Below, piece after piece: positions 30,023 to 40,188 of a stretch of DNA of 64,000 nt. Position numbers and translations under genes: made by a program. The notes beneath the pieces are model-generated. The model searched no databases. It was not told the origin of the DNA and worked only from the letters and a program-made list of their open reading frames with translations. The stretch spans positions 368 through 64,367 of the forward strand of contig JAQUKX010000005.1 of the NCBI GenBank assembly GCA_028718865.1, written 5' to 3'. Numbering within the stretch: position 1 is the stretch's first letter; every line of letters begins with the position of its first letter. The DNA comes from Patescibacteria group bacterium (lineage in GTDB: Bacteria; Patescibacteriota; Patescibacteriia; UBA1558; GWA2-36-10).

Positions 30023-31075
30023 TTATCTAAGAGAAGAAAAATCTGTTGATTCTTTTTTGGCTTCTTCCATGTTGACTTGGCCGCTTTTGACCAGCTCCAG
30101 CAGCGATTTATCCAAAACCTGCATGCCCTCGTCTCGGGAAGTCTGCATAATGCTCCTGAGCTGCTGAAAATTGCCGTCTCTGATACTGGCTTTTACCGCA
30201 TTGGTAGAAGTGAGCACTTCGCTGGCCACGATCTGTCCCCCGCCTATTTTTGGCAGCAACCTCTGTGATAAGACTCCCAACAAAACTTCCGGCAATACTT
30301 CCCGACCCCAAGTGCGTTTTTCTAGGCTCAAAAGACTCAAAAACCTCTCAATAGCTGAAATAGCTGAATTGGCGACTATCACCAAAATCAGCAACTTACC
30401 GCTTTCTACCAATTCCAGAGCTAAATCCGCCAAACCCGACTCATAAAACTGATCCAAAAAAGCCACATCTATGTCTTCATTGAACATGTCTTTGAGCCCC
30501 TGGCTGAAGCTCTCTACATCACGACCCACTTCTCTCTGTTCAATAATAGACTGATTATTGACAAACAAATATTCTATCGGCCTTTCCAAAGTCTGGATAT
30601 GGCGGCCTTTGTTTTGATTCAAAGTTTCTATCAAAGAAGCAGCTGTGGTGCTGCGCCCTGAGCCAAAAGGCCCGGAAATAATAATCAATCCTTTGTCTTT
30701 ATTGAGTAACTGCAAAATAGCCGTAGGAATTTTCAGTTCTTTTGGCGAAAGAATAAAAGCTGGAATAAGACGCAAAGAAATAGCTAAATAGCCTTTTTGA
30801 TAAAAAAACTTGACTCTGAATCTAGCCCGATTAGCCCAGACATAAGAAATAGATAATTCTTTTTTCTGACTAAGCTCAGCCAACTGCTCTCTGCTCAAAA
30901 AAGATTCGGCAATGGACTGGATAGTATCGGGATTGAGTATATCCTGATCCGTCAAAGTAATGATTTTGCCTTCAGCCCTGATAACCGGATTGTTGCCAGC
31001 TAAAAGATACAAGTCGCTGGCCTTGCTTTCCAAAAAAGTATTTAAAATATTGTTGATAAGTAGGGTCTCTGACAT
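30023..31075 (-). CDS. PilT-family ATPase with degenerate catalytic motifs
   Basis: ASDLYL, RFRV, EQREVG, SQRLLP and GMQVLD, but Walker A reads GPFGSGRST and Walker B/His box are altered. Confidence 0.85.
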   Translation of the reverse strand: MSETLLINNILNTFLESKASDLYLLAGNNPVIRAEGKIITLTDQDILNPDTIQSIAESFLSREQLAELSQKKELSISYVWANRARFRVKFFYQKGYLAISLRLIPAFILSPKELKIPTAILQLLNKDKGLIIISGPFGSGRSTTAASLIETLNQNKGRHIQTLERPIEYLFVNNQSIIEQREVGRDVESFSQGLKDMFNEDIDVAFLDQFYESGLADLALELVESGKLLILVIVANSAISAIERFLSLLSLEKRTWGREVLPEVLLGVLSQRLLPKIGGGQIVASEVLTSTNAVKASIRDGNFQQLRSIMQTSRDEGMQVLDKSLLELVKSGQVNMEEAKKESTDFSSLR

Positions 31076-31081
31076 TTTAGG

Positions 31082-31450
31082 CTATAAGATATCTTTTATT
31101 TTTTTGATTACCTCTGAAGGAACAAAATGAGCTTTGATAAGATAATCACTAGCTCCCAATTCCAAGCAACGGTCTATATGCTCTTTTTGCGAATAGTTGG
31201 TCAAAACTATCACTTTGACTTCTTTGGTTTCCTCATCTTGACGTAACTGCTTGAGCACCTCAAAACCGTCTATCTCCGGCAAATTGAGATCCAAAAGGAT
31301 CAAATCAGGTTTTTCTTTTTTGGCTACTTTGATGGCTTCTCGCCCATTGGTAGCCTCTACTACGCCAAAGCCCTCCAGTTCCAGCTTGGTAGTATACATT
31401 TGTAGTAAAAACTCATCGTCTTCCACAATAAGAATTTTTTTGTCTTCCAT
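31082..31450 (-). CDS. Single-domain response regulator
   Basis: ILIVEDD, PDLILLD, DGFEVL, VLTN, GASDYLIK. Confidence 0.93.
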   Translation of the reverse strand: MEDKKILIVEDDEFLLQMYTTKLELEGFGVVEATNGREAIKVAKKEKPDLILLDLNLPEIDGFEVLKQLRQDEETKEVKVIVLTNYSQKEHIDRCLELGASDYLIKAHFVPSEVIKKIKDIL

Positions 31451-31451
31451 A

Positions 31452-33194
31452 TTATTCTTCTATTTTACTTACTCTTAAAACTTCCTCCAGGGTGGTCAGG
31501 CCCAGCAAAACTTTGATAATACCATCTTGCTCCATATCAATAAAATGCTGTTTCTCTAGCTCTTCATTGACAGCTGAGCGGGAAAATCCCTTGGCAACCA
31601 CCTCCTGCAAATTGGTACTGATGTTTATTGCTTCCACTATAGCTAATCGGCCTTTGTAGCCAGTATGCCCGCAATGTGAGCAGCCTTTGCCATGATAAAA
31701 TTTTAGATTTTTAGGATCAATATCGCCAAAAATCGCTTCCTGAGGTATAGTTGCCAATTTCTGCCTAACATCTTCCACTAGGTTGTCTGGTAATTTTACT
31801 TCTTCTTTACATTTTTCGCAATTTTTCCTGACTAGACGCTGAGCAACAATAGCATTGAGAGTAGAGGCAAGTAAAAATGGCTCTACATGCATATCAAATA
31901 ATCGCGGTATGGCGCCAATAGCGCTATTGGTATGCAAGGTAGTCAAAACCGAGTGGCCAGTCAAGCCAGCATGGATAGCTAGTTCAGCTGTTTCATTGTC
32001 ACGAATTTCTCCTACCATGATAATATCGGGATCCTGACGCAAAAGAGCTCGTAGTCCAGTAGCAAAAGTAAAATTTACTTCTGGCCTTATCTGTGACTGG
32101 TTGACTCCTGGGATATAATACTCTACCGGATCTTCCAAGGTAGCGATATTGACATCTTCTTTATTGAGATAGCTCAAAGCGGCAAACAAAGTGGTTGATT
32201 TTCCACTGCCAGTCGGACCAGTGAGTAAAAACAAGCCATTGGGTTTGTGGATATTTTTTTCCACGATTTTCAGCTGCAGCCCCATAAAGCCTAGATCGGA
32301 AAAAGTCGGTGCCCGCTCTGGCGTATCCAGTATACGCATCACTACTTTTTCCTGACCCAGCAAAGGTATGGTAGAAATACGAAAGTCGATTTCTTTGTTG
32401 TGCACCTTGATGCGAATACGGCCGTCCTGCGGTATCCTGGTTTCATCTATTTTCAAGTTGGCCATTACTTTTATTCTGGAAACCAAAGCTGCATGGACAT
32501 AAATAGGCAAAACTATGGTAGTATGAAGGACGCCGTCTATTCTGTATCTGACCTTGCTCTGTTTGCCTACCGGCTCAATATGAATATCAGAAGCCCGCCC
32601 CTCTATGGCATGGCGCAATACTACCGAAACTATCTTGGAAACCGGAGCGCTTTTTATCACTTCGCCCAAATCAGCCGAAGCCTCCAAAAAATCATCCTTG
32701 GGAGCAAAAATCGCTTCCGCTGTATCTAAGGCTTCACCCACTTCTTCACCCAAAGTTTCATATTGCTTGGCGGCCGAACGATAGCTATCTTCAGAAATTA
32801 TATAATACTTGAAAGTAAAATTCTTCTTGCGAGCCAAAAAATTCAGCGCTTCAATTGCCTTGAAATTGGTCGGATCTACCAAGCCCACTTCAATATTTTT
32901 GCCTTGGCGGTCAAAAACCACCATTTGATAGTTTTCCGACAAATTAAGCGGCAAAATATTCAAAATCGCCGAGTCAATCTTGCGGCCGACCAAGTTGACA
33001 TAATCCATTTCATAAAAAGCCGCCTTGACGCTGATCCAATCTTCCTCAGAAATCAAAGACAAACGGCGAACCGATTTTTCCAAATCCTCAAAAGAATCAA
33101 AATCACTGGCGGCCAATTCTTGATATTGGTCGTCGTTTATAAATTCTCGTTTTCGTAAAAGATATAAAAGCTTTTTGCTTTCTGGTCTAGTCAT
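31452..33194 (-). CDS. pilB: Type IV pilus assembly ATPase (GspE/PilB)
   Basis: ASDIHIEP, PQDGR, GPTGSGKSTT, LRQDPDIIMVGEIRD, TTLHTN and tetracysteine motif. Confidence 0.96.
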   Translation of the reverse strand: MTRPESKKLLYLLRKREFINDDQYQELAASDFDSFEDLEKSVRRLSLISEEDWISVKAAFYEMDYVNLVGRKIDSAILNILPLNLSENYQMVVFDRQGKNIEVGLVDPTNFKAIEALNFLARKKNFTFKYYIISEDSYRSAAKQYETLGEEVGEALDTAEAIFAPKDDFLEASADLGEVIKSAPVSKIVSVVLRHAIEGRASDIHIEPVGKQSKVRYRIDGVLHTTIVLPIYVHAALVSRIKVMANLKIDETRIPQDGRIRIKVHNKEIDFRISTIPLLGQEKVVMRILDTPERAPTFSDLGFMGLQLKIVEKNIHKPNGLFLLTGPTGSGKSTTLFAALSYLNKEDVNIATLEDPVEYYIPGVNQSQIRPEVNFTFATGLRALLRQDPDIIMVGEIRDNETAELAIHAGLTGHSVLTTLHTNSAIGAIPRLFDMHVEPFLLASTLNAIVAQRLVRKNCEKCKEEVKLPDNLVEDVRQKLATIPQEAIFGDIDPKNLKFYHGKGCSHCGHTGYKGRLAIVEAINISTNLQEVVAKGFSRSAVNEELEKQHFIDMEQDGIIKVLLGLTTLEEVLRVSKIEE

Positions 33195-33201
33195 AAAAGG
33201 C

Positions 33202-33597
33202 TTAAAATCCGAAAAATCCGCCTTGCCTGATTAACTCTTCATCGGAAGTAGTAGCGGTAGAAACAAAAGGGTTAGGATTGCCGATATCTTCACTGATGTT
33301 TATCACTACTTCCAACTCTTCCAGCTGGCGATATTGTTCGTCGTTATAAAAATTTTCCCAAATTGACTCTGGTCCCAAGCTTTCCAATTTGAGAAAATCA
33401 CTGATATTATCCAAAGCAATAGCCTTTAATCTCATTACTCTGGCTAGCTCTACATTTTGTTGCACTTCTAAATCAAGAGAGGTTTCCTCTGGTTTGAAGC
33501 TGTCATAAAGCCAAAAAGCAGACACTATCAAAACCAAGCCAAAAATCGCCAAAAGTACCAGTAAAGTTTTTTTATCGTTTTCTTTTGTCTCAGGCAT
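33202..33597 (-). CDS. Hypothetical membrane protein (PilP position)
   Basis: Single TM; GNPNPF motif; follows the PilO-like gene. Confidence 0.6.
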   Translation of the reverse strand: MPETKENDKKTLLVLLAIFGLVLIVSAFWLYDSFKPEETSLDLEVQQNVELARVMRLKAIALDNISDFLKLESLGPESIWENFYNDEQYRQLEELEVVINISEDIGNPNPFVSTATTSDEELIRQGGFFGF

Positions 33598-33602
33598 TTT
33601 AA

Positions 33603-34274
33603 TTAACGATAATAAGTAATCAAATCCAAATTAAAGCTGGCTATTGAGCTGCCGCTGGTGAGCTCACCGAAAGAAATAGTCTGAATATCCATCAAACGCA
33701 AATTACTCTGTAAATCTTCTACATAATCCTTAAAATCCTGATAAATATCCGGTGACTCCTGCTCGGGCAATCCGGTTATATCCAAAGGCCGAGCTAAAGA
33801 TAAATGAACTACCAAAGATTTAAGCGGAGCATCTTGCCCAACCTCTGCTCTATCCGGCTCAGTACTAGCTGCTGACCCACGATCGCTAATATTGATAGAT
33901 GTAAGAGTAAACAAATGCCGAGCTGCCAAGCGATCAGCTATTACGAACAACTCAGCAATTTGCGGCTCCTCGGGCAATATTTTTTTGATTTTTTCCAAAT
34001 CCTGGGCTCGAGACGACCTTATGCTCAGATATTCTTCTTCCAATTCCCGAATTCTAGTCAGCAATTTTTCATTTTGGACCCTTCTTTCTTCTGTTTCTAT
34101 ATCCTGTTCCCTGACTTGAGAGATATCATCTAGCTTGGGATTGAGCAAAAAGAAATAAGACAAAGCAAAGACCCCGGCCAGCAAAACAAACAGAATCAAA
34201 ACAAAATAACGATTGGCCAGCAAAAGCAGTTCCGAGGGCTGTTCAAATTTTATTTCTTTTTTTCTGATGGGCAT
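33603..34274 (-). CDS. PilO-like protein
   Basis: TM, then coiled coil, ILPEE and LQSNLRLMDI; pilM-N-O gene order. Confidence 0.7.
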   Translation of the reverse strand: MPIRKKEIKFEQPSELLLLANRYFVLILFVLLAGVFALSYFFLLNPKLDDISQVREQDIETEERRVQNEKLLTRIRELEEEYLSIRSSRAQDLEKIKKILPEEPQIAELFVIADRLAARHLFTLTSINISDRGSAASTEPDRAEVGQDAPLKSLVVHLSLARPLDITGLPEQESPDIYQDFKDYVEDLQSNLRLMDIQTISFGELTSGSSIASFNLDLITYYR

Positions 34275-34293
34275 AAAAATACTTGACTAAGGA

Positions 34294-35700
34294 TTATTGA
34301 GACCGCGGTCCATAGCCGTAATAAAATAAATTCTCATTGAGCACCAAAGTAACACTGAAAGCCACGCCGTTGGCTTGCAGTGAAGCTGCCGAAATGCTGG
34401 CCATAGAAACAAACTCTCTAGCCTCAGGCTGCTGCAGGAGCTTCAACAGCCGTGCCGGCGAATCATAATCACGACCAATAGCATTGAGAGTGAGCGCTCC
34501 CTTATTGCCAGCATTTATCCCCTGATAATAAACTTCTGTAGGAGTATATTTTTCCAGCATAGCAAAAAAATTGGTCCAATAGATATGCTTATTCAAAAGA
34601 TTGTGCACTGTTTTTATTTCCTGACCCAAAGCGCTGATTTCCTTATTGATAAGCTCATATTCCAAAATCTTTTTTTCCAAATCCGATATCTGACTACTGC
34701 GCCTTTCCTGCTGTTTGCGGATATTGTGCTCCTGGAAGGACAAATAAGCATAAAATGACCCAGCGACCAAGATTGATCCCAAAAAAGCCGCCAAAGCCAA
34801 AATTCCTATCTGGCGCCAGCTCTTGGTTCTGACTGACTTAGGTATCAAATCCAGGCCGCCACCGCCGTCAACAAATCTATCCGACTGCTTGTCTGTAGGA
34901 CGATGAAACCTATCAGTTGAAGCCTTGCTCTTATTGCCATTATCTTGAAGCGGCGGACTGACTATCTCTGGTATGGAAAAATCTCTTTTTTTTGTCTCCA
35001 GCTGATCAAAAGATGTCTTCAACGCCGGGATAAATGCTTCTGGCGCCGGCGCTCTTGCCAGCGGCTCTTTTATAGGCTCTTCTTCTAGGACTGGTTTCTG
35101 TGTTTCGACTTTTGGCGCCGGCGCCGAGTTTTTGGCGTCATCATGCAGGCTCTTAAGCAATATGGAGTCAGCACCGTTTTTCAAAGGCTGAGCTTGATAT
35201 TGGTTTTTTTCCTGCGGCTCTTTCCCTTTTTTGTCTTGCTTGGGACGGCCGGCAAATTTGCTCTTTAGCTTGACCCAAAAAGAAATTTTCTTTTGCGAGG
35301 GAACCGAGCTGTCTGGCAGAGAAAAATCAAAACCGGATTTTTTGACATAGTGGATCTTTCTTTCTTCTGGCCTGGCTTCTTTTTTGGGAATATGAACTGA
35401 AGAAAATTCTCGTTTTTGTTTCTTGGGTGATTGCAGGCGGTCAAAATCAATATCGCCTGTATCTTTTTCTGTTTTTTTGACTTGACCCGGCTTAGGCGCT
35501 TGAGGAATTTGAAAACGGGTCTTTTTAGAAAAAACATTTTTGAATTTCTGGCCAAACAAACCGGCTGACTTCAAAGGCCGAGACTGCTCTACTGAATCAG
35601 GCACTACTAAATCAATATGAAAATCGCGCGGCTGTTGACTCTTGTCTTCTTTAGCTCGCAAGTCTTCCGGTAATAAATTGATGTTTCTGTCGCTAGACAT
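34294..35700 (-). CDS. PilN-like protein with long low-complexity N-terminal extension
   Basis: INLLP PilM-binding motif at the N-terminus, a second LDLIP before the TM, and LLNKHIYWT. Confidence 0.7.
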   Translation of the reverse strand: MSSDRNINLLPEDLRAKEDKSQQPRDFHIDLVVPDSVEQSRPLKSAGLFGQKFKNVFSKKTRFQIPQAPKPGQVKKTEKDTGDIDFDRLQSPKKQKREFSSVHIPKKEARPEERKIHYVKKSGFDFSLPDSSVPSQKKISFWVKLKSKFAGRPKQDKKGKEPQEKNQYQAQPLKNGADSILLKSLHDDAKNSAPAPKVETQKPVLEEEPIKEPLARAPAPEAFIPALKTSFDQLETKKRDFSIPEIVSPPLQDNGNKSKASTDRFHRPTDKQSDRFVDGGGGLDLIPKSVRTKSWRQIGILALAAFLGSILVAGSFYAYLSFQEHNIRKQQERRSSQISDLEKKILEYELINKEISALGQEIKTVHNLLNKHIYWTNFFAMLEKYTPTEVYYQGINAGNKGALTLNAIGRDYDSPARLLKLLQQPEAREFVSMASISAASLQANGVAFSVTLVLNENLFYYGYGPRSQ

Positions 35701-35706
35701 AAAAAC

Positions 35707-36834
35707 TTAAAAAATATCTCTCATTGCCAGCCCCAGGCAAACTGACATGCGCGGCCCCATCTCGTCCAGTATCGGCTTGAGATCCAAAGGATAAATTATC
35801 CTGTCCCAAGGATCGCCGATAATTACCGAGATATTGAGCAGTTCTGACAAATACTGGGGAAAATTGGGCAAAAAAGAGCTGCCGCCGGTAAGAATTATTT
35901 TTTCTATACTGCCGGTATCCTGCTTGTGATAGCGGTCAAAGACATAGCGAATTTCATTGATAATGGCATCAAGCGATTTTTTTATAACATCAGGTATTTT
36001 CTGATCACCACCAGCTAAAGACAAGCCAAAATCACGCTTAAATTGCTCAGCCCTGTCTTTACTGACATTAAGGCTGTTCATAATAGTAGTAGTGATAGAC
36101 TCGCCTCCCATATCCAGCCCCTGGTTAATAATAGGCACACCTTCTTCAATAATACAGATATCCGTTGTAGTCGAGCCCACATCCACTATCATCACCGTTG
36201 ACCTGTCGTTGCCCAAAAGCGAACGAGCTAAGGCAAAAGACTCTGTTTCTAGACTAAGCAAATTGAGCTTGGCTCGCTTGAAGATATCAATATAGCGAGC
36301 TACTAGATTTTTGGGAGCGGCTGTGAGCAAAATACGGTAATTCTGCTCATCCTGTTTGACATTAGCCTTGCCGGCGCTATCTGACTGAATGTCTCCATTT
36401 TTTTTATCAGCTTCTTTTTTATCTTTTTTCAGTCCTTGACTTTTACGTTTAGCACCAATTATCTTCCAATCCAAAATAGTTTCCTCCAAAGGCACGGGGA
36501 TGAATTTTTTGGCCTCCCATTTGATAGCCGAAGCCAAATCCTTTTTGGGCATGGGAGGCAAGTTGATAATAAAATTAAAAACCGAAAAAGTCGGCAAAGC
36601 CGCTACTGCCGATCTGGTCTGAGTATTGGCTTTTTTGGTTATTTCATTAATATAACGGGCTATTTTTTCATTATTTTGTTCTATATCGCCACCCAAGACA
36701 TTGACTGCCGCATCGGCATAGCCGTAGGTCTTAAGACGAGCCTGATTTTTGAAGTTTTCAAGCTCAACAATCTTGATACTGGAGGTACCAATATCCACTC
36801 CCAAATAACTAGTAGAACTGGAAAATAATCCCAT
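35707..36834 (-). CDS. pilM: Type IV pilus assembly protein PilM
   Basis: GVDIGTSSIKIVEL, WEAKKFIP, VDVGS, ILTGG. Confidence 0.95.
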   Translation of the reverse strand: MGLFSSSTSYLGVDIGTSSIKIVELENFKNQARLKTYGYADAAVNVLGGDIEQNNEKIARYINEITKKANTQTRSAVAALPTFSVFNFIINLPPMPKKDLASAIKWEAKKFIPVPLEETILDWKIIGAKRKSQGLKKDKKEADKKNGDIQSDSAGKANVKQDEQNYRILLTAAPKNLVARYIDIFKRAKLNLLSLETESFALARSLLGNDRSTVMIVDVGSTTTDICIIEEGVPIINQGLDMGGESITTTIMNSLNVSKDRAEQFKRDFGLSLAGGDQKIPDVIKKSLDAIINEIRYVFDRYHKQDTGSIEKIILTGGSSFLPNFPQYLSELLNISVIIGDPWDRIIYPLDLKPILDEMGPRMSVCLGLAMRDIF

Positions 36835-36904
36835 ATTTATTATTTTGCTAAAAACTTAAATAACACTTGATATTATAACACATTTGACAATCTTAGCCAA
36901 AGAA

Positions 36905-39037
36905 CTACTGCAAGGTCTCACTGAACCTCGGTATCATGCGGCTGAAATCAACAAAACCAAAAGGCGGATTGGCTTGCAAGCGGCCGTCATTGATGAAAAG
37001 CTCTGACGGCTGAAGATTAGCCGGGTCATAAAAACCACGGCAAAGTTCAAAACGACGCGCTAAAACATTACCGTTCACTGTCAAAGAATTATTAGCACAC
37101 TGGCCGGGATTATTTGAATTACAGGAAACAAAACGACCGCAAGAAGCATCGTCGGCATCATAAGGATCAAGACTGCATTGAGGCAGTCCGCCCGAACAGG
37201 TTGTACTATCTTCTGCTCCTAGAATAATAAAAGTTCCGGCTATCGTGCTAACCTCAGGGTGCACATAGACATCGCCTCTGACTACCCAAACTATAGAGGG
37301 AATCATTTTTAAATTACTTACCGCGGTTGAAGGATCGTATATAATATTTGAAGTAATGGTTAAATCCCCTTCTACTACCACTACTACCGAAGCGTTTTGC
37401 GGTAAAATAATTCCCGTTTCCCCCAATTTGATAGAAAAACCACCAGTAGTCAGGTTGCCCTGAAAATGAATGGTTTTGCCATTTGTTACTTGATTAAACT
37501 GGTCGGAAAAAGTATTAGGGTTATTATGCCTGACCACTTGAGAGCCATATTTATTGTAAGCATTTCCGCCGGATTGATAAGCTGGTGTAATCAATCCCCG
37601 ATAATCAACTGTGCCCAAAACATTCTGATATTTTCCCGACTGACTTAAATAAGAAAAAAAATCAATGGCCGGACGGCTGGGCATCTCGCCTTGATAACGG
37701 CCTTCCAAAGTACTAGAGCTGATAAAATTTCTGATGGTGCCGCCTGACTCAATCAAAAATGAAGCATTAGCACGGTTATAAGGTGGGTAATAACGAGCAA
37801 AAATATCGCCTCGGGAATAAACACTGCCATCACTTACTTCTATAAAAGGCCTGGTAGTGGTTGATATTCTTGAAGAAAATTGGAGCCAACCTAAGCTATA
37901 GTCATCATCCTGCCATTGATTATAAGCCCAGCCACACATATAAGCCCTGTCTCTGAAGCTAATCTCTCTGTTGTCAGTATCATATATCTTATAATCCACC
38001 ATCACCCCGGGTCGGCTAAAATAACTATCGCAAGACTGGCAATGGTTGAGGTTGCCCTGATAGGCGCTCGTGCCGCAAATATTGTCGTAATTTTCTATAG
38101 TACATCCGATACAGTCATATCCACCTATCACGCCACGCATATCACCAGCTTGGTATTGCAAACAAATATTGTTTTCGCCTTCACAAGCAGTGACCGAACA
38201 ATCCGCTCCGGTCTGACTACAAACAGCTGTATCAGCATTATAATAATCATACTCCAGACAATTATCACAATTATAATTGATATTAACTGCCTGACAAATG
38301 CCAAAGGCCTCTTTTTCCGCTGGCGGACAAAGCAAGTTAACACAAGAATCAACATTACCGGGACAGAAACAATTAGCTCCTCCGGTTCGACAGGCATACT
38401 GATATTGCTCATAGCAATTGAAACAGCCGTTTATTTCCGCTGGCGGACTCGCCACCGCCTCTTCTATTGGAAAACGCAAACGCCAAGCCAGTAAATCCCC
38501 AAGCGATTCTAATCCTACAATACTGGCATATTGATCAGTAGATAAAGCGTTCAAATAAGTACTGGACAAAGCAATGCCATTTGCCGGCGCATTGGTACTT
38601 CCTGGATCAGAAAAACAAATCCAGCCCAAAGTGACTGTCTGACAAGGACCAGCTATTCCACAATTGGCATCAATAGTACAAGCTGCTCCGTTGCCTTGGC
38701 AAAAACCACCGATATTTAAAGGCGTGCCAGCCCAAGCACAGCCTTGGATATGATTAGTACCGCTAACATTGACGATATTCAATCCATAATCAATATCATC
38801 ACAAGTATTGTCCAATTGACCATCGCCGTCAAAATCGTTGAAGCAATTGAGACTTATCCAGCCCAAAATATCAGACCAGACCCAGTCGCCAATCGCTATA
38901 GGAGAGTCTTCTGGCACCGGATCAGCCTGAGTGAGAACCGGATTTTTGATGGACTGATGGACAAAAAACAAAAGCAGAAGAAAAATCGCCATTATACCCA
39001 AGCGGCTATAAAAATGAAAATGAAAGTCTGATTTCAT
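36905..39037 (-). CDS. Large Cys-rich secreted/surface protein
   Basis: N-terminal TM; repeated W-S/A-W..GWI motifs; many CxxC; C-terminal VxGDLxI beta-repeats. Confidence 0.75.
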   Translation of the reverse strand: MKSDFHFHFYSRLGIMAIFLLLLFFVHQSIKNPVLTQADPVPEDSPIAIGDWVWSDILGWISLNCFNDFDGDGQLDNTCDDIDYGLNIVNVSGTNHIQGCAWAGTPLNIGGFCQGNGAACTIDANCGIAGPCQTVTLGWICFSDPGSTNAPANGIALSSTYLNALSTDQYASIVGLESLGDLLAWRLRFPIEEAVASPPAEINGCFNCYEQYQYACRTGGANCFCPGNVDSCVNLLCPPAEKEAFGICQAVNINYNCDNCLEYDYYNADTAVCSQTGADCSVTACEGENNICLQYQAGDMRGVIGGYDCIGCTIENYDNICGTSAYQGNLNHCQSCDSYFSRPGVMVDYKIYDTDNREISFRDRAYMCGWAYNQWQDDDYSLGWLQFSSRISTTTRPFIEVSDGSVYSRGDIFARYYPPYNRANASFLIESGGTIRNFISSSTLEGRYQGEMPSRPAIDFFSYLSQSGKYQNVLGTVDYRGLITPAYQSGGNAYNKYGSQVVRHNNPNTFSDQFNQVTNGKTIHFQGNLTTGGFSIKLGETGIILPQNASVVVVVEGDLTITSNIIYDPSTAVSNLKMIPSIVWVVRGDVYVHPEVSTIAGTFIILGAEDSTTCSGGLPQCSLDPYDADDASCGRFVSCNSNNPGQCANNSLTVNGNVLARRFELCRGFYDPANLQPSELFINDGRLQANPPFGFVDFSRMIPRFSETLQ

Positions 39038-39071
39038 CAGTCTATTTAAGAGCTATAAGCTTACTTTTAAA

Positions 39072-40064
39072 TTATTGCAAATCAACGTATTTCCAAGTTG
39101 TATTACAAATATATAACCTACTATTAGCATGATCAAAAAGCATCTTGCCTTTTGAGTTGATATCACAATGCCCGGCATCAGGCGGCCCATTTTTATGATG
39201 AATAGTCAAATAATTAACCTGCCCGCTAACATGTGCTAGCTCTACATTGCCAACAAAATAACCAGCCTTTCCAGTAGCAGCCACTTGCTGACCATAGACA
39301 CCAATAGCGCCAGAAGTTTCGCCAACACCCAAAACTCCGATACCTACGCCAGAAGCATAGCCATTATCTCTTACACCCAGAAAACCAGTGGCTGATACTG
39401 AACCTCCAGAGGTTCTAAAATTACCTGCTACTCCTCTGCCAAAGTTGGCCTGAGTCTGTCCATAAATAGCATAGCTATTGGCCGTATTATTAAATACATC
39501 AAGATAATAATTGGGGTTTGATTTATTGATACCTACTTTTCCATCAGTAGAAAAATAAACCCTATCGGTATTATTCCAAAAAATTAACTGATTATTCTCA
39601 CTCCTATGCTGATAAATCCCCCAGCTATTGCCAGCGTCACTTTGCAATTTTATTTCTGCGTTCTGACCAGAAAGCCTATAAATATGCAGAGGGTTAGCCG
39701 GGTCGCTAATTCCTATGCCGACATTATCCGTAGAATAATGAATTTTATTACCCGCGCCAGCCTGCCAAAATCCAGTTGGCCAAGTTGCTCTGCAGTCAAC
39801 GCCAATGCAAACCTGACTACCTTCAACATTGCCGCTGGCTGTAATTTTAGCAGCACTTATATCTCCGCCATTGAATAAATTTTTTCCACTTAAATCCAAA
39901 TTTGTAGTCATTGGGTTGACCACAATCACTCCCGGACCCGTCTGACCAGGCAGTTGACCTGGATTTTGCCACTGGGCTTGAGCGTATTGATAAATCAAGC
40001 CAAAGCTCAAAACCGAAACAATCACCGCCAAAATGGGCAATTGCCAATTTTTTATTTTGCTCAT
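39072..40064 (-). CDS. Secreted fibre-like protein with VGIG repeats
   Basis: Signal peptide (YAQA|QW); NVGIGISDP and KVGINKSNP repeats; G-V-x-G repeats. Confidence 0.7.
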   Translation of the reverse strand: MSKIKNWQLPILAVIVSVLSFGLIYQYAQAQWQNPGQLPGQTGPGVIVVNPMTTNLDLSGKNLFNGGDISAAKITASGNVEGSQVCIGVDCRATWPTGFWQAGAGNKIHYSTDNVGIGISDPANPLHIYRLSGQNAEIKLQSDAGNSWGIYQHRSENNQLIFWNNTDRVYFSTDGKVGINKSNPNYYLDVFNNTANSYAIYGQTQANFGRGVAGNFRTSGGSVSATGFLGVRDNGYASGVGIGVLGVGETSGAIGVYGQQVAATGKAGYFVGNVELAHVSGQVNYLTIHHKNGPPDAGHCDINSKGKMLFDHANSRLYICNTTWKYVDLQ

Positions 40065-40188
40065 ATTTTTTTAATTAAAAATTCTAAATTATTTAATTTT
40101 TATTTGATAATTATACCATATTTGCTAAAAATATGACAATAAGGTAAAATTAAAAACACTTAGCTAAAAAATTAATAAATAAAAATCT

